A DNA stretch of 56,684 bases from a virus. The notes below the pieces were generated by a model, which searched no databases, was not told the origin of the DNA, and was given only the letters and a program-made list of their open reading frames with translations. The stretch covers positions 1 to 56,684 of IMG/VR virus record IMGVR_UViG_3300033148_001052. One strand, given 5' to 3'. The position numbers were made by a program, and so were the translations under genes. Positions 51,490 to 56,684 of this stretch are shown in pieces. Numbering within the stretch: position 1 is the first letter of the stretch; each line of letters starts with the position of its first letter.

Positions 51490-51516
51490 GCCAACTAATT
51501 ACAAGTTTATTGCATA

Positions 51517-52455
51517 CTAGTCGATACTGACGTATGCCTTGACGATTGCCTCAGGACGAAGCACCTTACGACCAAACACCAAGAGACCACGAACAATGTC
51601 TCCGAAGGTAGCTGGGTCACGGATGGTCTCGGTCTGCTCAAAGGCAGAAGCACAAGAGGTACTAGACATATGACCTGCCATGACATAGTTGCCAGATAGA
51701 CCACTTGAAGTACCAGTACCAGTCCAAGCAGGAATGTTGTTAGACTTATACAGCTTGAATCCACGAAGCTGACCAGATGCTACTAGGCCATTACGAAGTG
51801 AACCTTCACCGTTGTTATAGTCTACAGACAGAAGCTTAGAGCTAGTATCTGCGAGCTGCTCATAGAACTCAGGAGAAGCTACAACCCAACGATTCTCTTC
51901 AGGTACGTTCTGGTCATCAAGCAGACGAGCTTGACGAGAGAGGACGTTGAGAGGATCTAGCTCACCAGAACCATGACCAACATCAAGAACATCAGTGGCA
52001 CTACCGTAGGTTTGTACACCTGAAGCTGCTGACATAGCCAGAAGCACGTTAGTATCCATATCATCCTTGAGCTGATAACCTGCTTGGTCAGCAGCAAGAG
52101 CTTGGAAGTTGACATTACCAAAGCGTGTTTCAAGGTCATCCACTTTAAACTGGAAAGCCTTAGCTTGGTCGATGATGAGGGTTAATTCTTCATCAGTCAA
52201 TGGTGTGTTAGTGATGGTTGCACCACGAGTGTAGTCATAAGTGGTGATCTGTGGTTCCTTAACGATATTGACGGTATCACCAAAGCTGGAGATTTCGCCC
52301 ATATAGTCTGTATTACAGATTGCATCAATGACTGACGCTTTACGGAAAGCTACTTGAGCTTTAGCCGAGAAGATTTCTGGAGACCAGAATTGATTGCCCT
52401 GTCCTGTTACAGCAGAGCCGAAGTTGACGGTTGAACCGCCTTCAAATGAAGCCAT
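51517..52455 (-). CDS. Major capsid protein (putative)
   Basis: 312 aa, immediately after a scaffold-like gene, strong Shine-Dalgarno site, codon usage looks highly expressed. Confidence 0.7.
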   Translation of the reverse strand: MASFEGGSTVNFGSAVTGQGNQFWSPEIFSAKAQVAFRKASVIDAICNTDYMGEISSFGDTVNIVKEPQITTYDYTRGATITNTPLTDEELTLIIDQAKAFQFKVDDLETRFGNVNFQALAADQAGYQLKDDMDTNVLLAMSAASGVQTYGSATDVLDVGHGSGELDPLNVLSRQARLLDDQNVPEENRWVVASPEFYEQLADTSSKLLSVDYNNGEGSLRNGLVASGQLRGFKLYKSNNIPAWTGTGTSSGLSGNYVMAGHMSSTSCASAFEQTETIRDPATFGDIVRGLLVFGRKVLRPEAIVKAYVSID

Positions 52456-52483
52456 TTTTATTTACCTTTAGTTTAGTTTTAAG

Positions 52484-53395
52484 TTAGCCTTTGACCAACC
52501 GCCCTTCCCGATGAGCAGATTCCCACTCGTCCATAAGCTTCTCAGCTTCTTCAGGGTTGTGTCGAGCAATATAGTCAATTTCTTTTGATGTCCAAATCTT
52601 CCCTTCTTTCTGGGTAGGTTCAGATACTTCAGATACTTTAACAATATCCGCAGCAGATGGTTCCTTCTTAGGGCGACCGGGCTTTCGCTTCTCGGGTTCC
52701 TTAGTTGTCTTCCATCCTACATCTTGTTTGAACAAGTCAATAGCGCGTGAGGCTAGGTCTGCATTGAAACTCTTATATAACCAATCCTGAATGTCTTGAG
52801 GTTGTTTATCTACCCATGTATGAAACTCTTGGGTTGATTTAATCTCTTCAAAGTCAGGTTGTAGTGTTGAGAGTTTAGAGAATGCTTCTGTCTGTGAGAC
52901 TTTAGCTTCCCTACTTTCAATTGCATCTAGTCTAGTTTGTAGTTCTTTTGCTTGTTCATTTGATTTTGAATGAGCAATAGTCTCGATAGTATCATAGACT
53001 TCAGGGAACTCCTCCTTAAAAGTAGCCAGTTCTTCTGGGGTTCTAGGGGGTGTATAGTTTGGTAGTCCTTCCTTAATCTGTTGCGACATCTTAGATTCTT
53101 TAGCTTTGAATTCATTAAGCTTAGAGTCGTAGTGACGCTTAAGGTCATCATACCGTTTCTTATAATCTACTTTCTTAAACTGCTGTGTTGGTTCTTCTGT
53201 TGGTTCATCAGGCACTTCATCTGTGGGTTTAGCTTGTATCACCTCTTCTTTCTTAGGTGCGGGTGCTAACCCATCGTCTGCACTAATGACACCACGAGGA
53301 ATATCTACAGGTGTTTGTTTAGCGTTATAAGGGTTTGACTCAGCCGGGGCTTCGTCAGGTGCAGCCTGAACTGCGGTTGCTTCTTCAGTCATCAT
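52484..53395 (-). CDS. Scaffolding protein (putative)
   Basis: 303 aa, charged and coiled (KKRYDDLKRHYDSKLNEFKAKESK), directly upstream of the capsid gene. Confidence 0.55.
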   Translation of the reverse strand: MMTEEATAVQAAPDEAPAESNPYNAKQTPVDIPRGVISADDGLAPAPKKEEVIQAKPTDEVPDEPTEEPTQQFKKVDYKKRYDDLKRHYDSKLNEFKAKESKMSQQIKEGLPNYTPPRTPEELATFKEEFPEVYDTIETIAHSKSNEQAKELQTRLDAIESREAKVSQTEAFSKLSTLQPDFEEIKSTQEFHTWVDKQPQDIQDWLYKSFNADLASRAIDLFKQDVGWKTTKEPEKRKPGRPKKEPSAADIVKVSEVSEPTQKEGKIWTSKEIDYIARHNPEEAEKLMDEWESAHREGRLVKG

Positions 53396-53486
53396 ATCTC
53401 CTTTCAGGGCTTACTACTAACAGTAAGGTAGCTGTTGGGGGTTGGTGTTATAAGAGGGGCCAGAATGGGTAGTCCTCTCAGTATAC

Positions 53487-53520
53487 TGTCTATCAGGAAT
53501 CAATTAAGGTCTGATAGACA
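53487..53520 (-). other. 10-bp perfect inverted repeat TGTCTATCAG/CTGATAGACA (14-nt loop) between the 311-aa gene and the scaffold gene
   Basis: Read directly. No U-tract follows on the minus strand. Confidence 0.4.
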
Positions 53521-53526
53521 AATTCT

Positions 53527-54462
53527 TTATTTGTAAGGGTGTTGATCCATTAGCATTTGTCGAGTCCAATCTACATTCTCTTGGGCTTCTCTGCTCTCTG
53601 GATATTGTATTGCTCGTTCCTTTACCTCTTGCATTTGAGGCATAGCTTCGATTCGCATTTTATATTCTTCTTGTGGGGAGATTTCCATTGGTGCAGGAGC
53701 TTCTTCTCCTCCTCCCATGAATCCTTCTGTGAGCCTGTCTAGGATGCTACCTCCCGGCTTACCTCGCATGTATTGTTCTTCCTCTACTAGATCCCCATCT
53801 GCATAGTTATTTCCACTATCACGATGGTATTTGGCTTGAGCTTCCTTACCTTCTTCGTACATCTGTTCTACGAAGCCACGTTGTCCTTGTTCATTTACAT
53901 AGCCTCCTTTAGAGAATGCCATCTCTTCTCCTTCAACTGGTTGTCCACCTTGACTCTGAGCAAAAGATTCCTCTGCTTTATTCATCATACCTTGTAGTTT
54001 GTCTACACCAATACTCTTGACAGCATCAGCAGTGAATACAAACTCACCGGGAGCTAGGTTAGCCTTCACTGTATCCTCAGGAGATTCAGCAGGAGGAGCA
54101 GCAGCAGCCATTAGTTTCTCAATGATAGTGCCAACAATAGGGAACTGTTCCATAGCCAGCTCAAGGGAAGCTCGTTCATCCTCTGCTGTCCCTTGCTCAA
54201 CACCTACCTCATCAGGAGCCATAGGCATACCTTCTGGATATTCTTCTAGTCCCATCATGCCTACTGCTCCTCCGTCTGCGTAGTTCTTACCACTGTCTTT
54301 ATGTTGTTCTTTTTTCTTCTTTGGTCTAGGAGTATCAAATATGAAAGAGTACAACTCTGAATCACGTAATCCATGACTCTCTAAAAACTTCTTTCCATAT
54401 TCATCTAGTTCTTTAGCTTCTTTAGCTTTTTTATCTTCTTTAGATTGCTTCTTTTCAGGCAT
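53527..54462 (-). CDS. Acidic virion-module protein (311 aa) with the internal repeat DSG(K/N)NYADG
   Basis: ORF track. Confidence 0.55.
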   Translation of the reverse strand: MPEKKQSKEDKKAKEAKELDEYGKKFLESHGLRDSELYSFIFDTPRPKKKKEQHKDSGKNYADGGAVGMMGLEEYPEGMPMAPDEVGVEQGTAEDERASLELAMEQFPIVGTIIEKLMAAAAPPAESPEDTVKANLAPGEFVFTADAVKSIGVDKLQGMMNKAEESFAQSQGGQPVEGEEMAFSKGGYVNEQGQRGFVEQMYEEGKEAQAKYHRDSGNNYADGDLVEEEQYMRGKPGGSILDRLTEGFMGGGEEAPAPMEISPQEEYKMRIEAMPQMQEVKERAIQYPESREAQENVDWTRQMLMDQHPYK

Positions 54463-54649
54463 TGTCTGTGTTCCTTTTAATCATCTCTGGAAGTGTGAGC
54501 ATCTCTTTATACAACCTATGCTTACCTTGTAATCTAAATATCTCTTGTTCTGTGTCTGCTCTAGCTAGGAGTTCTACATTCTTATTCATACAATATGTAA
54601 TAAACTCTTTCCATGCAGAGCCTAATGGAGCACCTTCCTTCATTAACAC
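54455..54649 (-). CDS. Hypothetical protein (64 aa)
   Basis: ORF track. Confidence 0.5.
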   Translation of the reverse strand: MLMKEGAPLGSAWKEFITYCMNKNVELLARADTEQEIFRLQGKHRLYKEMLTLPEMIKRNTDNA

Positions 54650-54664
54650 TAAGTCTTTCTTCCA

Positions 54665-55051
54665 TTACATTGCCTCCGCTACTGTGATAAATTCAGGTTG
54701 TTTTGTAAGTAGTTGGTACATACTCTCAGGCATCCATAGGGCTACATACAGTCCAGCCCACAGGTCGGTGAAGGCTTGCTGTGTCTCTCCCAATACCCTT
54801 GCCGCATATTCTGTAGATGTCTCATCCTCAAGCAGCTCAGGAGCTACCCATACAGGATTGGCTATGGCTATCAATTCCTCAAGCCCTACGTTACGGATGC
54901 GTCCACCACCCTTGATAGGGAGGGTATTAAGACCACCCTTGATAGGGAGGGTATTAAGAAAAGCTGGATTACCTGTCTTGGATAGTGATAGGTATTCTGT
55001 ACTCTGCTCATCTGTGAGGGAGGCTAGGTGGAAGATTGCTATTGTGTTCAT
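54665..55051 (-). CDS. Hypothetical protein (128 aa) containing a 9-aa tandem duplication
   Basis: ORF track. LNTLPIKGG x2. Confidence 0.55.
   Translation of the reverse strand: MNTIAIFHLASLTDEQSTEYLSLSKTGNPAFLNTLPIKGGLNTLPIKGGGRIRNVGLEELIAIANPVWVAPELLEDETSTEYAARVLGETQQAFTDLWAGLYVALWMPESMYQLLTKQPEFITVAEAM
54906..54959. repeat. Perfect 27-bp tandem duplication (ccacccttgatagggagggtattaaga x2), in frame
   Basis: Read directly. Confidence 0.9.
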
Positions 55052-56460
55052 TATGCTATCTCCAAGAGTTGTTTGACTGAGATATTATCACTGTCAAAAG
55101 TATTTGATGCCTCGCCCTGTGTGGTTAATCTGACCACTTGGTCTGACGCTGTGGATGTAATTAATTGGCTTGTTATTGCATTGGAAGATATTACCGAACC
55201 TATTACCCCTCCGACTCTTAGAGCGACACTGCCAAGAGAATACCCCGTTATACCGAATCCGCTTAGATAGACTCCACTATTAATAGTTAAGGTTGTTACT
55301 TGCTGCAAACCTTGGAAAGTTGATACCCCCGTGAATACAGCCTTACCATCGCTTATCGTAACGCCAGTATTTTTATCCCAATCCGTATCAGCATCAAACC
55401 CACCATTAACTACCAACTCACCCCCAACCCAAGCACTAGCAATACTGCCGCCATCATGGATGATGTTTTGGGTGTATAGGAATGTAGTCCAATCACCTGC
55501 TGAGAAGTTGGTTAGGGTGCAGGCTTTGGGGATTTCTTGAATAGTTAAATCTTTAAAGATTGTATTGAGACCATCCGTTGCATCATTTGGCCCTATGCGA
55601 ACATAGCTAGTGGTATCACCTGCTGTAAATGTAAATGAATTAACACCTACTACGGGGTTGGAGACACTCCCCAATTCAATACCAGCGATTGCCGTCCCAG
55701 CTCCAAAAGTATTATTAGCGCCTGTATAAGACACAATCTCGGCAGTTACCAAGTAAGACTTACCTGCTTCTGTGACTAGGGCGTTAGTATTGTAAGCGTA
55801 GTCAAAACCAGTTGCGCCATTCGTAACAGTAGTCACACCATCAACTGTATTGATAGAGCCTCCTCCACCCGCAGTGAGAAGGTCATCAAATAGTGTAACC
55901 CCCAACGCCTCCCCTCTAGGCATCTGATACAGGGTAGAGCCACTATCAAAGACGTAGTTAGTGACTACATCACTTGCACCTGATTTGTCAGTGAATTTGG
56001 TGGAGAGAAGTTGGCCGTTGAAGTATCTATTAAACCCATCAATCCCGATTAGTGAGCACACAACATCCACAACTGTATAGGTATTACTGTACTCGGTAGC
56101 ACCATCAACAATAATGGATTTAGTTGTACCGGCTCTTTTGTAAATAACCTTATGAATCTTTCCATCTGCAATCACTGTTGTACCAGCTACAGCAGCGTTA
56201 TCGCCAAATCTTGCCTCTGCTTTCCCATCCGCATTTAACCCAAACACCGACACCGCATCTGACGCTTTACCTACTGCTGGGTTAATGGCAAGGGTTGTTG
56301 TAGCAAACTCAACCTCTACCTCAAAATCCCCTGTAAAGGTAATAGCCTCGCTCAGTGTGCCGTATTGGGAGCCTGAGAAGGTGGGGATCTTACGAGTGTA
56401 GGAAGGCTCAAGAGGAGAGTTACCTACCCCTAACCCAGCACTAAGAGAGGTACTAATCAT
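55051..56460 (-). CDS. Second receptor-binding-type protein (469 aa) with LamG-like and CBM-like domains
   Basis: DGKIHKVIYKRAGTTKSIIVDG...FNGQLLSTKF (LamG-like). ELVVNGGFDADTDWDKNTG (CBM4/9-like, paralogous to 45399-46628). Confidence 0.6.
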   Translation of the reverse strand: MISTSLSAGLGVGNSPLEPSYTRKIPTFSGSQYGTLSEAITFTGDFEVEVEFATTTLAINPAVGKASDAVSVFGLNADGKAEARFGDNAAVAGTTVIADGKIHKVIYKRAGTTKSIIVDGATEYSNTYTVVDVVCSLIGIDGFNRYFNGQLLSTKFTDKSGASDVVTNYVFDSGSTLYQMPRGEALGVTLFDDLLTAGGGGSINTVDGVTTVTNGATGFDYAYNTNALVTEAGKSYLVTAEIVSYTGANNTFGAGTAIAGIELGSVSNPVVGVNSFTFTAGDTTSYVRIGPNDATDGLNTIFKDLTIQEIPKACTLTNFSAGDWTTFLYTQNIIHDGGSIASAWVGGELVVNGGFDADTDWDKNTGVTISDGKAVFTGVSTFQGLQQVTTLTINSGVYLSGFGITGYSLGSVALRVGGVIGSVISSNAITSQLITSTASDQVVRLTTQGEASNTFDSDNISVKQLLEIA

Positions 56461-56684
56461 TAATACATTCCAATAATATCAGATGCAGTTGTAGCGGCCA
56501 TAATCTGTGCTGCTCGTACAGGGAGAACACTACCTCCTAATACACCTACAAATGTAACAGTGTCTCCATTAGCTGTAATGATTTTAAGATCACCACCAGT
56601 ACCAATATAGACAGCCCTAGTAGTAAATGTTAGGTCTACATCTGCGGGTGTTACTTCTACACACCATCCAGCAGGAGCAGTGAT
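56460..56684 (-). CDS. 3' part of the 85-aa junction-spanning ORF (see 1-147)
   Basis: Same frame through the 114-bp overlap. Ends ...TTASDIIGMY, stop TAA 56462-56460. Confidence 0.6.
   Translation of the reverse strand: MTAPAGWCVEVTPADVDLTFTTRAVYIGTGGDLKIITANGDTVTFVGVLGGSVLPVRAAQIMAATTASDIIGMY

Noticed and set aside
54462-55076. 204-aa + strand ORF
   Set aside because: It runs antisense to three coupled - strand genes. It has no Shine-Dalgarno site and its sequence is low-complexity.
1-56684. CRISPR arrays, rRNA genes, transposases, integrases and IS elements
   Set aside because: No spaced direct-repeat arrays, rRNA-like segments or recombinase or transposase motifs were seen on either strand.

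Overview
This window is a complete, circularly closed genome of a tailed dsDNA phage. Bases 1-114 repeat at 56571-56684, so the unit length is 56570 bp. It looks like a podovirus with a T7/SIO1-like layout but no recognisable phage RNA polymerase.

The genome has two arms. The + strand arm (5.9-31.2 kb) carries early/middle genes, mostly translationally coupled through ATGA/TAATG overlaps and preceded by canonical Shine-Dalgarno sites. It includes:
- many small ORFs
- a CobT-like VWA protein and a CobS/MoxR-like AAA+ ATPase
- a TOPRIM primase and a DnaB/gp4-like helicase
- a family A DNA polymerase split into two ORFs
- a gp2.5-like SSB candidate and a FEN/5'-3' exonuclease
- two HNH nucleases and a metallophosphoesterase
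- a DUF3310-like protein and a class II (B12-dependent) ribonucleotide reductase
- three tandem ParB-N-terminal-domain-like proteins and a SAM methyltransferase

The - strand arm (31.15-56.57 kb, continuing at 1-4444) carries the late genes. These are TerS/TerL/portal, scaffold-like and capsid genes, tail and tail-fibre genes with CBM/LamG-like domains, large internal-virion-type proteins, an embedded lysis cassette with an M15 peptidase, and two small glycosyltransferase-like paralogues.

The arms diverge around a 1.5-kb non-coding region (4445-5932) and converge at 31150-31153 with overlapping stop codons.

The observations most worth follow-up are:
- a 79-nt RNA that looks like the tRNA-like domain of tmRNA with no mRNA-like part (20799-20877)
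- an exact match to the chromosomal parS consensus in the non-coding region, alongside the three ParB-NTD-only proteins
- a directional near-palindrome, GTAACA(N0-1)TGTTACAA, repeated at least 11 times at early-gene cassette boundaries
- a family of 5-6 small four-cysteine proteins
- three perfect extended -10 sigma70 promoters and one sigma54-type promoter match
- an early protein resembling the ribosomal L7/L12 C-terminal domain
- four +1 reading-frame breaks at homopolymer runs, three of them in the tail-fibre module

All functional calls come from reading the sequence and translations by eye. No database search was run.
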